From: Candidatus Eiseniibacteriota bacterium
GTDB taxonomy: Bacteria > Eisenbacteria > RBG-16-71-46
Assembly (NCBI GenBank): GCA_044223005.1
Contig: JBGAML010000022.1
Location: 1-64,000 of the forward strand
Direction: 5' to 3'
Length of the DNA: 64,000 nucleotides
The position numbers were made by a program, and so were the translations under genes. Position 1 is the stretch's first letter, and every line of letters begins with the position of its first letter. The notes under the pieces are model-generated. The model worked only from the letters and a program-made list of their open reading frames with translations. It ran no database searches and was not told the origin of the DNA. Below, in pieces: positions 35,377 through 47,316 of the stretch.

Positions 35377-37032
35377 ATGCGCCACCCCGGCCTTCTCCTC
35401 GCCGTATCGCTTCTCGCCGCCACGCTCTCGCCCCGGACCGCCCGGGCCCAGTGGTCGGCGACCACCACCGTCGACAACATGGTCTGCAACGCCCTTGGCG
35501 CCCAGACCGCCCCGGCGATCGTCCCCGACGGCTCCGGTGGCTTCATCGCGGCATGGATCGACCGCCGGATCGGTACCCGGTACGACATCTACGCCCAGCG
35601 TTTCGACGCGGACGGATACGCCCAGTGGGCGGCGAACGGCATCCTCGCGGACACGACGACCGGCAGCCTGGCGAAGATCGTCGCCTGCCCCGACGATTCG
35701 GGCGGCGTGATCCTCGCCTGGTATCGCACTTCCGGCACGACGACGAACCGGATCATGGCTCAGCGCATCGACCGCTTCGGGCAGGCGCGCTGGGGCATCG
35801 GCGGCGTGCGCATCAGCCTCGCCGAGGTGTCGCAGCAACTCCCGAACATCGTCCGCGACCAGTCTGGCGGCGGCATCGTCGTCTACACGCACAACGGCGG
35901 CACGATCGCGGCGAACGTCTACGGCCAGCGACTCGACCGCAACGGCGCGCGACTGTGGGGCGCAAGCGGCGATTCGCTCGCCGAGCGTGGGGAGATCCGC
36001 ACACTCGTCGCGGCGGAACGTCCGGGCGGCGGCGTGTACTTCGGGTTCTGGCGCACGTACGGCGTGATCAGCGCATTCGGGGTGGACGGCAACGCGAACA
36101 GCCTGTGGGCGCACTGGGACTCCATCACGACGGTCCCGATGGCGACGTCTCCCCCGGGGATCGGCGTCACCACCACCACCGACGGCGCGGTCTTCTGGAG
36201 CGGTGACGGCACCAAGCTGGTGGCGCGCAAGTTCGGCGACAACGGCGCGGTGTGGTCCTCGTCGCGCTGGGTCGCCACGCACGCGTACGGCAAGTCCGTG
36301 CCGCAGATCTGCTCCGACAACGCCGGCGGCGCGATCCTCGCGTGGCGGGACGGACAGCCCGCCGCCGTCTTCACGGCATACCTGCAGCGCATGCTCGCCG
36401 ACGGCACGCCCGCGTGGGGCGTGAACGGCGTCCCGGCGGGCACGACGATCTGGTTGAACGGCGGTGGCCTCGAGATCTGCCCCGACGACGCCAACGGTGC
36501 GTGGATCGTGACGAGCGGCTACCCCGGCATCTGGGCGCAGCATTTCAGCGGCGCCGGCGTGCCGTGGCTGCCGGCGGGTGGCGTCGGCGTCTCCGAGACC
36601 CAGATGAGCATGAGCTACAACGGCGGCGAACTCCTGCCCGGCAAGGACGCGAGCCACACGCTGGTCTGGCAGGACCCGGGCGTCCCCACGACGAGCATCG
36701 ACATCCGCGCGCGCCACTTCTCGGCGTTCGGCACCCCGGGCACGACGGACGCCGCGCCGCCGGCCGCACCCGCGACGCTCGCACTGGCCGTGGGCCCCAA
36801 CCCCGCGGGCGGCCGCACGACGCTGCGATTCACGCTGCCGCAGGCGGACGACGTGACGCTGGAGGTCTTCGGGCTGCGCGGCGAACGCGTCGCGACGCTG
36901 GCGCAGGGCGCGCTGCCCCCGGGCGCGCACGCGCGCGACCTGGCGCTGGACGGCCTCGCGCCGGGCGTCTACCTCGCTCGGCTCGTCACCGCGCGCGGCA
37001 CCGCGACCGCGCGTATCGCGCACGTGCGGTGA
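35377..37032 (+). CDS. Exported repeat protein with T9SS/FlgD-like C-terminal domain
   Basis: Signal peptide MRHPGLLLAV...ARA; repeated DGSGG.I.AW...AQR.D..G...W units; GPNP...LRGERVATL...PGVYLARL. Confidence 0.8.
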   Translation: MRHPGLLLAVSLLAATLSPRTARAQWSATTTVDNMVCNALGAQTAPAIVPDGSGGFIAAWIDRRIGTRYDIYAQRFDADGYAQWAANGILADTTTGSLAKIVACPDDSGGVILAWYRTSGTTTNRIMAQRIDRFGQARWGIGGVRISLAEVSQQLPNIVRDQSGGGIVVYTHNGGTIAANVYGQRLDRNGARLWGASGDSLAERGEIRTLVAAERPGGGVYFGFWRTYGVISAFGVDGNANSLWAHWDSITTVPMATSPPGIGVTTTTDGAVFWSGDGTKLVARKFGDNGAVWSSSRWVATHAYGKSVPQICSDNAGGAILAWRDGQPAAVFTAYLQRMLADGTPAWGVNGVPAGTTIWLNGGGLEICPDDANGAWIVTSGYPGIWAQHFSGAGVPWLPAGGVGVSETQMSMSYNGGELLPGKDASHTLVWQDPGVPTTSIDIRARHFSAFGTPGTTDAAPPAAPATLALAVGPNPAGGRTTLRFTLPQADDVTLEVFGLRGERVATLAQGALPPGAHARDLALDGLAPGVYLARLVTARGTATARIAHVR

Positions 37033-37069
37033 GTTCGCGACGCCCGACCGGCCGGTGCGTGCCGGCCGG

Positions 37070-37585
37070 TCAGGCGTCCGCGCCCGCGGGTGGCACGTCC
37101 GCGATCACTTCGAACACGCCGCAGACGACCGGCATGTCCTCCGCCGGCTCGCGCCCGATGCGCGCGCACTCGCGCGAGAAGAACGCCCAGTGGCCACGGC
37201 GCCAGTGCTCGAGCGAGAGGTCGCCCTCGCCTTCCATCGCCGCGTACTCCGCCGTCACGTCTCGGAACGGCACCACGTCCACCGACGTGTATCGCACGAG
37301 CAGCGCGGGCTCCCACGTGTGATCGACCACGATCTCCACCTGACCGCGTTCGGGCGGGCGCTCGCCATCGTGCTCGTACGACCATGCCAGCGCCGCGGTC
37401 GCGCGCTTGCGACCCGAGCGCACGAGACCGATGAGCTTTCGGGCCAGCTCGGCCGAGTCGCCCATCTCGCCGACGCTCACGAGCCCCGGCGGAACCTCCA
37501 CGCCACGCGCGCGGATCGCGGCGAGGATCTCGGTCACGGTTGGGTGCGGCGCATGCGCCGACGAATCGCCGTCACTCGGTGCCAT
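37070..37585 (-). CDS. ASCH domain protein
   Basis: LVRSGRKRATA, EGEGDLSLEHWR..H..FF. Confidence 0.85.
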   Translation of the reverse strand: MAPSDGDSSAHAPHPTVTEILAAIRARGVEVPPGLVSVGEMGDSAELARKLIGLVRSGRKRATAALAWSYEHDGERPPERGQVEIVVDHTWEPALLVRYTSVDVVPFRDVTAEYAAMEGEGDLSLEHWRRGHWAFFSRECARIGREPAEDMPVVCGVFEVIADVPPAGADA

Positions 37586-37644
37586 GCTTCCTCCCGATCG
37601 CCGGATCGCCTGCAGGAAGGCGCCCCCCGACGCACGCGACGAGA

Positions 37645-38136
37645 CTACTCCCCACCGGGAACCGCGCCGTGGAACATCTGCCACTTCCACGTGTGGCCGC
37701 GCCGGATCATCGCGACCGAGAATCGGTACGGGCGGCGGGTCGCCGGCCGGCCCGGCCTCGCGTAGATCATGTTCCCGTCGACGTAGGCCCAGCCACTGGC
37801 GCCGTCGGCGCCCAGTGTCACGGCGGCGAGATCGAACGAGAACGTGAAGGGCATCGCGAAGAGGAACCGGCGGAAGGTCCGTACTCCTGCACGGCCATGG
37901 AACACCTCGCCCGAGTCCGAGCCCGCGAAGAGCACGCGGTCGTCGTCGTCGAAGAGTGCGTCGAAGGCGACACTGTCGCGCCGCGCGCAGGCGGCGTTCA
38001 GCGAATCGAGCGTCGCGCGGATCGCGGTCGAGTCGGCGGGCGCGGTGCGGCGCGCCGCAGCGAACGCGGCGCCCGGTGCGATGAGTCCGGCGAGGATGGC
38101 AAGCAGTGCCGCCGCGCGGGTGAACGTGCGAACCAT
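37645..38136 (-). CDS. Exported SnoaL/NTF2-like protein
   Basis: Signal peptide; GSDSGE.FHG, YRFSVAM...WKWQMFHGA. Confidence 0.75.
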   Translation of the reverse strand: MVRTFTRAAALLAILAGLIAPGAAFAAARRTAPADSTAIRATLDSLNAACARRDSVAFDALFDDDDRVLFAGSDSGEVFHGRAGVRTFRRFLFAMPFTFSFDLAAVTLGADGASGWAYVDGNMIYARPGRPATRRPYRFSVAMIRRGHTWKWQMFHGAVPGGE

Positions 38137-38195
38137 CGGGGGAACTCCTTTGATCCACGAGGCACGATGGCTGGCCGCGCCGGTTCGTGCGTGAT

Positions 38196-38236
38196 GCGAA
38201 ACGGCCCGCGCCGGGCGTCCGGCGCGGGCCGCTCGC
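38196..38236 (-). terminator. Terminator after acnA
   Basis: cggcccgcgccgg/ccggcgcgggccg stem followed by TTT on the minus strand. Confidence 0.7.
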
Positions 38237-38249
38237 GTGACGGCTCTTC

Positions 38250-40958
<2,709 letters not shown>

Positions 40959-41136
40959 GACGCGTCCTTTCCGGATGCGACGGCACACAGGGCCGTCGGG
41001 GAGAACGGTCGGCCACACAGGGGCCGAGGTGAACGGGCTTCACTATAGAACATCGGCCCGGGAGCGGACAGGCCGGAGTGCGGCCGCGGATCTGGCCGCA
41101 TCGCGGGCAGTTGCGCCGGTCGTGCAGCGCGAATTG

Positions 41137-41170
41137 GAACGGGGCCCGGGATCCCTCCTGGGCCCCGTTC
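41137..41170 (-). terminator. Terminator after OmpW-family gene
   Basis: gaacggggccc...gggccccgttc stem. Confidence 0.65.
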
Positions 41171-41193
41171 GCGTGCGGCCGTACGCGTGCCGA

Positions 41194-41850
41194 CTAGAAG
41201 CGGATGCCGACGCCCGCGCCGATCAGCCACGGGTCGAGCGACACGTGCGAGACCTTGCTGCCACCGATCTCGACGTCACTGTGGATGAACACCTTCTTCA
41301 CGTCGATGTTGGCGTACCAGTTCTTCTGGATCGGGAAGTCCGCGCCGATCTGGCCGGCCGGCCCGACGCTGCTGCTGCTCAGGTCGAGGTCCGCGGCGCC
41401 CGGCGTCGAGTGCAGCGAGACGTTCGAGATCAGCGTCAGGTTGACGCCCGCGCCGATGTACGGCTGCACCTTGCCCGTGGGCAGGAAGCGGTACTGGAGC
41501 AGCAGCGTCGGCGGCAGGTGCTTGAACGTGCCGATCTCCTCCTTCAGGGGACCGTTCTCGACCGTGACCGTCTGCTCCTGCGGATAGGTCAGCACGAGTT
41601 CGGCGGAGACGTTCGGCGTGAAGAAGTAGCTCACGTTCACGTCCGGAATCACCTTGTCGTTGACGGACACGGCGTCTTCGGGCAGCAGCGTCGCGTTGAG
41701 GGCGCCGCTGCCGGCGTCGGACACGTTCGACATCAGCAGGTCGACCGCGCGCAGCCGCACCATCCACTTGGCGTCGGCAGCCGACGCGACGGCCGCGACG
41801 GCGACGAGCGCGAGCAGCGCGAGCGACACGACCCGGGTGACTCGCTTCAT
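41194..41850 (-). CDS. ompW: OmpW-family outer-membrane protein
   Basis: Signal peptide; KHLPPTLLLQY, PYIGAGVN, LDPWLIGAGVGIRF. Confidence 0.9.
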   Translation of the reverse strand: MKRVTRVVSLALLALVAVAAVASAADAKWMVRLRAVDLLMSNVSDAGSGALNATLLPEDAVSVNDKVIPDVNVSYFFTPNVSAELVLTYPQEQTVTVENGPLKEEIGTFKHLPPTLLLQYRFLPTGKVQPYIGAGVNLTLISNVSLHSTPGAADLDLSSSSVGPAGQIGADFPIQKNWYANIDVKKVFIHSDVEIGGSKVSHVSLDPWLIGAGVGIRF

Positions 41851-42076
41851 GAAGCACCTCCGTGAGGGGTGAGTGTGGTGGCCGCGCGCGCGCCGCTCCG
41901 ACGAGATGGCAGAATCACCTGTCAACACGACAGGCCCGGGCAAAGTCCCGGCCCCCTCGGAACGCGTCGTTGCGGCCGATCGGCGATGAATGCGGGATGG
42001 ACGCGCCGGGCATTGCAGCCGCCGTGCCGCGAGTGGAGGGCACGCACGAGCGCGAAGTGGCTCCCTCGCTCGCGCG

Positions 42077-42844
42077 CTACATCAGTTCGCGCAGGCGCGC
42101 GTAGCCGCTGCGGCTCACGGGGAGTTCGCGGCCGTCGCGCAGGATCGCGACGCGGCTGTCCTTGGCGTACAGCTCGAGGCGCGCGATGCGGTCGACGGGC
42201 ACCACATATGAACGGTGCACGCGCACGAAGCGCGACGGGTCGAGACCGGACGCGACCTCGGCCAGCGTCGCGTGCTTGAGCCATGTCTTCCCGCCCGCGT
42301 GCACCGCGACGTAGTCGTCCTGGGCCTCGAGCAGATCGAGCGCATCGAGCGTCACCACGTGCACGTTCGCGCCGTCGCGCACCAGCAGCCGCTCGGCGAA
42401 GCGGCCTTCCGGCCGGGCCGCGGCGGCGAGCGCCGCAGGCGACGGGACCGCGGCCGCCGGCGTCCCCGCGGCGCGCCGGCGCTCGCGGACGCGGGTGAGC
42501 GCGTCGGCGAGCCTCTCGCGCCCGAAGGGCTTGAGCAGGTAGTCGGCCGCGTTCACCTCGAATGCCTTGAGGGCGTACTCGTCGTACGCCGTGCAGAAGA
42601 CGACATGCGGACGCGGCTCGAGCAGCTCGAGCACTTCGAAGCCGTCGAGCTTGGGCATCTGGATGTCGAGGAACACGAGATCGGGCGCGTGCTCGGCGGC
42701 GGCCTTCACGGCCTCGAAGCCGTTCGCGCACTCGGCGACGATCGTCACGTCCGGATGCGACCCGAGGTACTCGCGCAGCAGCGCCCGCGCCGGGGCTTCG
42801 TCGTCCACGAGCATCGCCCGCAGGACCGTCGTCTCGCTCGTCAC
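42077..42844 (-). CDS. LytTR-family response regulator
   Basis: VDDEAPAR, FLDIQMP, TAYD, DYLLKP; FVRVHRSY, VSR. Confidence 0.93.
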   Translation of the reverse strand: MTSETTVLRAMLVDDEAPARALLREYLGSHPDVTIVAECANGFEAVKAAAEHAPDLVFLDIQMPKLDGFEVLELLEPRPHVVFCTAYDEYALKAFEVNAADYLLKPFGRERLADALTRVRERRRAAGTPAAAVPSPAALAAAARPEGRFAERLLVRDGANVHVVTLDALDLLEAQDDYVAVHAGGKTWLKHATLAEVASGLDPSRFVRVHRSYVVPVDRIARLELYAKDSRVAILRDGRELPVSRSGYARLRELM

Positions 42845-43917
42845 TCCTGCTCCTCCCCCGTGCGCGCCGGCACGCGCAGCGTCACCGTGAACCGCTCGTC
42901 CTCGCGCACCGCGTCGAGCCGCGCCGCGCGTGCCCCGAACGCGTCCAGCCGCCGGCGCACGTTCTCCAGCCCCACGCCGGCGCCGCGCGGCGTGACGGTC
43001 TCGGGATCGACCGGGTTCTCGATCGCGATCACGAGCGCCCCACCGCGCACGTCCGCCACCAGCCGCAGCGTACCGCCTTCGACGCATCCCGCCACGCCGT
43101 GCTTGACCGCGTTCTCCACGAGCGGCTGCAGCAGCAGTGGCGGGACGCGGCACGCCGCGGCCTGCGGCGAGATCACGCGCTCGACGGCCAGCCGCGCGCC
43201 GAAGCGCACCTGCTCGATCTGCAGGTAGCGATCGACCAGCTCCAGTTCCTCGGCGAGCGCCACGTCGTCACGCGCCCCCAGCGCGAGCGTGCGCCGGAGG
43301 AAGTCCCCGAGGCCCTCGCACATGCGGCGCGCGCCCTCGGGGTCGCTGCCGACCAGGGCGTTGATCGAGTTGAGGCTGTTGAAGAGGAAGTGCGGGTTGA
43401 GCTGCGCGCGCAGTGCGCGCAGTTCGGCCTCGCGGCCGGCGACCTCGGCCTCCAGCAGGCGCGTCTCGGCGTCGTGCGTGGCCTCGAAGCCGAGCACGAG
43501 GTAGTGCACGATCGCCGACAGGAGCCACGCGAGCAGCCCGAGCGCGAGCGGCACGAGCGGCCACTCGCGCCCGAACGCCGCGAGCGCCGCCGGGTCGTGC
43601 CGCAGCCCGCGCAGCACCACGACGCCCCACGCGCCGGTGATCGCGGCCCACGCGGCCGCCATCGCCGCGGCGGCCTGCAGCTGCACCGACACCGCGCGGC
43701 CGACGCGCCCCTCCTGGAGCGGATTCGCGCGGCAGAGCCACCACGCCGAGAGCACCGACATCCCGAGCACGACCGCCGGCGGCACCGCGAGCAGCCACGC
43801 GAACGGCCGCGGCTGCGGCACTGCGAGCCGGCCGAGTTCGCCGAGCAGGATGCCGGCCGCGATCCACGCGAGCGCGTAGAGCGCGAGCCCGAACCGGCGG
43901 CCGAAGAGCGGATGCAT
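42841..43917 (-). CDS. LytS/YehU-type sensor histidine kinase
   Basis: TM region; LRAQLNPHFLFNSLN, YLQIEQVRF, LQPLVENAVKHG, GVGLENV. Confidence 0.93.
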   Translation of the reverse strand: MHPLFGRRFGLALYALAWIAAGILLGELGRLAVPQPRPFAWLLAVPPAVVLGMSVLSAWWLCRANPLQEGRVGRAVSVQLQAAAAMAAAWAAITGAWGVVVLRGLRHDPAALAAFGREWPLVPLALGLLAWLLSAIVHYLVLGFEATHDAETRLLEAEVAGREAELRALRAQLNPHFLFNSLNSINALVGSDPEGARRMCEGLGDFLRRTLALGARDDVALAEELELVDRYLQIEQVRFGARLAVERVISPQAAACRVPPLLLQPLVENAVKHGVAGCVEGGTLRLVADVRGGALVIAIENPVDPETVTPRGAGVGLENVRRRLDAFGARAARLDAVREDERFTVTLRVPARTGEEQE

Positions 43918-43920
43918 GGA

Positions 43921-44805
43921 TCAGTGCGTGTCCGTCGGGGACGCGCCACCGCTCTCGGGCGAGCCGCCGCTGGCGTCGTCCTCGTCGCGGCCGCCGCGGC
44001 GCGTGCGGATGATGGTGATGCCGTCACGCGTGACGTGCACCTCCTCGCGCCGGCGGCGGCGCGAGCCGCGCACGTGCACGCCTACGTGCGTCCGGTGCAT
44101 GGACGGCGTGTCGGTGATCGTGACGCCGCCCATCATCGCCAGGCCACGCACGACCAGCGTCGCGGTCGGCGTCACGCCCGGCGGTACGCGGCGCTGGTCG
44201 TCGATCGCGCCGAGGACCGCCGCGGACTCGACTTCGACCGCCCACGATTCCGGCACCACGATCTCGATCCCGCCCCACATCACGAACGCGTCGACGACCA
44301 CGCGCTCGCTCGCGGGCTTCGCCTCGCGCAGGTCCAGGCTGACCGCACCCATCACCGCGGAGAGTTCGCCGCCGCGCAGCGCGCCGCTCTGGCTGCGCCG
44401 GCGCTCCGAACCCACCAGCGCGAATGCGCGGATCCAGTCCTCCGCGCCCTCGCCCTCGTGCGCCCCGTCCGAGAGATGCGACTGGCGCACGAGCACGTTC
44501 ACGCCCGCGAAGATCAGGCAGAGGGGCCAGAACAGCCCCCAGCCGAACCGCAGCCAGCCGAGGTGGTTCGCGAGCAGCACGCTGCCGAGCAGGACGAAGA
44601 ACGAACCCGTGATCGTGTTTCGGCCGAGCCCCAGGCCCGTGACCTTGGCGACGCCGTACGCGAGCATCACGACCGGCCACCAGCCGAGGATCGACGCCAG
44701 CTGCGAGTAGCCGAGATTGTCGAGCGTCCACGCGACGCCGAAGACCACGAGCAGCACCCCGAGCAGCGCGCGCGTGCCAAAACGGTTCGGACGATCGGCG
44801 ATCAT
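43921..44805 (-). CDS. LiaF-like membrane protein
   Basis: 4 TM helices (WWP, FWP) followed by beta-solenoid-like repeats (SAVMGAVSLDLR, VMWGGIEI, AMMGGVTI). Confidence 0.75.
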   Translation of the reverse strand: MIADRPNRFGTRALLGVLLVVFGVAWTLDNLGYSQLASILGWWPVVMLAYGVAKVTGLGLGRNTITGSFFVLLGSVLLANHLGWLRFGWGLFWPLCLIFAGVNVLVRQSHLSDGAHEGEGAEDWIRAFALVGSERRRSQSGALRGGELSAVMGAVSLDLREAKPASERVVVDAFVMWGGIEIVVPESWAVEVESAAVLGAIDDQRRVPPGVTPTATLVVRGLAMMGGVTITDTPSMHRTHVGVHVRGSRRRRREEVHVTRDGITIIRTRRGGRDEDDASGGSPESGGASPTDTH

Positions 44806-45101
44806 GCGGGACCTCCGTTCGAACGCCGCAGGGCGTGCGCACGGTGCGCGGCGCGCCCCGCCGCGAGACCCGCGACCAGGAAGAGGGCGGGCAGCAGCCA
44901 CAGCGGCGTCATCATGGCGAGCGCCGCGCGCAGCACCGGCGCCGCGGCAGCCGCGGCCGGCGCGGGGCCGAGCGCGAGCACGAGCACGAGCAACACGGCG
45001 TTCTCGATCACGAGCCACGCGACGCAGAGCCCGAGGCACGCCACGCCCGCGTGGCGCCACGCGCGGCGGCGGTGGCGGCGGCGAACGTCAAACCTGTTCA
45101 T
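44802..45101 (-). CDS. Small membrane protein
   Basis: Two hydrophobic segments; overlaps both neighbours, consistent with translational coupling. Confidence 0.55.
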   Translation of the reverse strand: MNRFDVRRRHRRRAWRHAGVACLGLCVAWLVIENAVLLVLVLALGPAPAAAAAAPVLRAALAMMTPLWLLPALFLVAGLAAGRAAHRAHALRRSNGGPA

Positions 45102-45483
45102 CGCGCTCCTCCACGATCACGCGCACGCGGTCCGGCATGAACCGCGACGCCACCGCCCGCACCAGCTGGCCGAGGCCGATCGCGACGAACGAGAGCGGCC
45201 AGCTCTTCCGCCAGTCGAGCCCGTACCAGCCGTGCAGCGAGACCAGCAGCCACGCTCCGACGAGCAGCATGGTGACGGCACCACCCAGCGCCCGCGCGCT
45301 GCGCGCCGTCGCGAGCTTGGCCGCGCCCAGCACGATCATGATCACCGGCCAGCCCGTGGCCCACTCGAACCACGGCAGCCGCCCCGAGACCTGGAGCATC
45401 AGCGCCACGCCGACCAGGATGAGCGTGATGCCCCAGAAGAACCCTCCGCCCCGGTGCTCGTCTTCGATGTCCCAGCGCCTCAT
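45088..45483 (-). CDS. LiaF/LiaI-like 4-TM protein
   Basis: WGITLILVG, GWPVIMI, SWPL repeats; GGAGG RBS. Confidence 0.7.
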   Translation of the reverse strand: MRRWDIEDEHRGGGFFWGITLILVGVALMLQVSGRLPWFEWATGWPVIMIVLGAAKLATARSARALGGAVTMLLVGAWLLVSLHGWYGLDWRKSWPLSFVAIGLGQLVRAVASRFMPDRVRVIVEERDEQV

Positions 45484-45533
45484 CGTCTCCTCCGGTGGGC
45501 CCGCGTTCCGCGCGGAGCCCTTCGACCTGCAGG

Positions 45534-45601
45534 ACGTTACGGCGCGCCCGCGGCCGCGGCGCGGGGCATTCGGCCAACGGCGGCGGCGGGTCGGTGAACG
45601 G
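45534..45601 (-). promoter_or_regulatory. LytTR-type direct-repeat operator plus -10
   Basis: Minus strand CCGTTCACCGA and CCGTTGGCCGA 21 bp apart; TAACGT about 30 nt downstream. Confidence 0.6.
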
Positions 45602-45627
45602 CGGCGGCGCCCGGCCGGTGGCCGGGC

Positions 45628-46347
45628 TCAGGCGCCCTTCGCCCCCCGCTCGCGGCGCAGCACGAACAGCCAGCCGGCGAGGAATGCGGCCGCGAAGAGG
45701 AACCACTGGACCGCATACGAGAGATGCCCCAGCGACTGCGGCGGCTCGGGCGTGAGGCGCTCGGGCAGAGGCGGCGCCGACGGATCCGGCAGCGCGCGCA
45801 GCAGCCACGGTGCGAACGTCATCGGGGCATGCGCCGTGAGCGAGTCGAGGCCCAGCGCGCGCACGGACCAGACGACCGCCGCCTCGTCGGGCAGGCGCTC
45901 CCATGCCGCGCCCTTCGCGTGCTCGGGCAGGCGCTCGAGCAACCCGGTGATCTGCACCTCGCCGGACTCGCCGTAGTCCTGGAGCCGCGCGTGGATGCCG
46001 TCGGTGGACGGCAGGCCGCCGCGATCGACGAGCACCAGCGCTCCGCCGCGCAGCCGCATCGGCGTGAGCAGCTCGACGGCCGCACTGTCGCCGCGCCAGC
46101 GATCGCACAGCGTCACCTGCCAGCGCGCGTCGTAGGTGCCGCGCGCGATCACGCGCCGGGCGCCGACGCCACCCCACGCGCCGGGCGACGCGGGCAGCGG
46201 CACCGGTGGCGCGGCGAGCGCGGCGCGGTACGCGTCGGCGAGGTGGCGCTTCTCGCTCCAGCGCGAGAGCTGCCAGATGCCCATCCGCGCGCACATCGCC
46301 GCGAGCACGATCGCGACGACGGCGACGACGACGGGCCCCGGGCGCAC
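45628..46347 (-). CDS. SURF1-family protein
   Basis: MGIWQLSR..EK, LVDRG, HLSYAVQWF. Confidence 0.9.
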   Translation of the reverse strand: MRPGPVVVAVVAIVLAAMCARMGIWQLSRWSEKRHLADAYRAALAAPPVPLPASPGAWGGVGARRVIARGTYDARWQVTLCDRWRGDSAAVELLTPMRLRGGALVLVDRGGLPSTDGIHARLQDYGESGEVQITGLLERLPEHAKGAAWERLPDEAAVVWSVRALGLDSLTAHAPMTFAPWLLRALPDPSAPPLPERLTPEPPQSLGHLSYAVQWFLFAAAFLAGWLFVLRRERGAKGA

Positions 46348-46357
46348 GCGCAGGTTC

Positions 46358-46603
46358 CTAGGGAGCGGGCTTCGGCTTGGGCGCGGGCGGGCGGCACTCG
46401 CTCGCGGCGATCACCGACTGGAAGCCGCAGCGCTTGTGGGCGCCGTCGCAGAAAGGCTTGTTCTCGGACTGCCCGCAGCGACAGAGCGAGATCCGCTCGA
46501 CACCCGCGAGCGGGACGACGTTGCCGTCCTGGTCGACGAGCTCGAAATCGCCCTCGACCCGGACCGAACCATTGTTGTGCACCGTGAGCCGCGTCGCTGC
46601 CAT
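46358..46603 (-). CDS. CDGSH-type [2Fe-2S] protein
   Basis: LCRCGQSENKPFCDGAH; GGAGG RBS. Confidence 0.9.
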   Translation of the reverse strand: MAATRLTVHNNGSVRVEGDFELVDQDGNVVPLAGVERISLCRCGQSENKPFCDGAHKRCGFQSVIAASECRPPAPKPKPAP

Positions 46604-46795
46604 GGGGAAGCCTCCCGAAACCGATGTCCGAAACGCAGTTGCGGGAGCGACTCTAGCAGCGGCCCCCGGAGGGCGCGAGCGGCCACGCTGCAACCCCGCC
46701 GGGTGCGTTCGCGTAGAAGGGACATGCGCCGGGAATCCCGGCGCCGCGGGCATCGCCCGCGAGCCCGGTCGGCAGTCCCTTTCCGGAGGTCGTAC

Positions 46796-47092
46796 GTGAT
46801 CGAGCTGCTCGTGTTCGGTGCGCTCGCGTTCGCCGCGATGACGGTGATCGGCGTCCTGGTCGCGGTGGCGAGCTTCATGGGTTTCGTGATCGCTCTTCCC
46901 TTCCGCATCATCGGCTGGTCGCTGCGCCTGCTCGGCCTGCTGATCGCGCTCCCCTTCATGCTGCTGGCCGGCGTGCTCGGCGTGGGCGCGCTGCTGCTGC
47001 CGCTGGCGCCGGTGATCGCGCTCGTGTGGCTCGCGTGGTGGCTGCTGCGCGACCGCAAGCCGCAGCGCTCGCAGGCCACCGTCGTGTCGTGA
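46796..47092 (+). CDS. Small hydrophobic membrane protein
   Basis: GGAGG RBS then GTG; almost wholly hydrophobic 98 aa. Confidence 0.65.
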   Translation: MIELLVFGALAFAAMTVIGVLVAVASFMGFVIALPFRIIGWSLRLLGLLIALPFMLLAGVLGVGALLLPLAPVIALVWLAWWLLRDRKPQRSQATVVS

Positions 47093-47316
47093 CGCACTTC
47101 GCCTGACCGGGCGAATCGCGAGGCGGCTTCCGGGATCCCTCCCTCCGGAACGCCGCCTTTCGCGTTTCCAGGGGCCGCTGGCAGGGCTCCCGGCCGCCTT
47201 GAGCGATCGCGCGGGATCGGTCATCCTGCCGCGTTCACGACCGTCCACCGACCGTCCGCCGTCGTCGAACCGCCCCTCGGGCGGCTCCGCGGCACCTTCC
47301 GCTCGCAAGGAAACCG

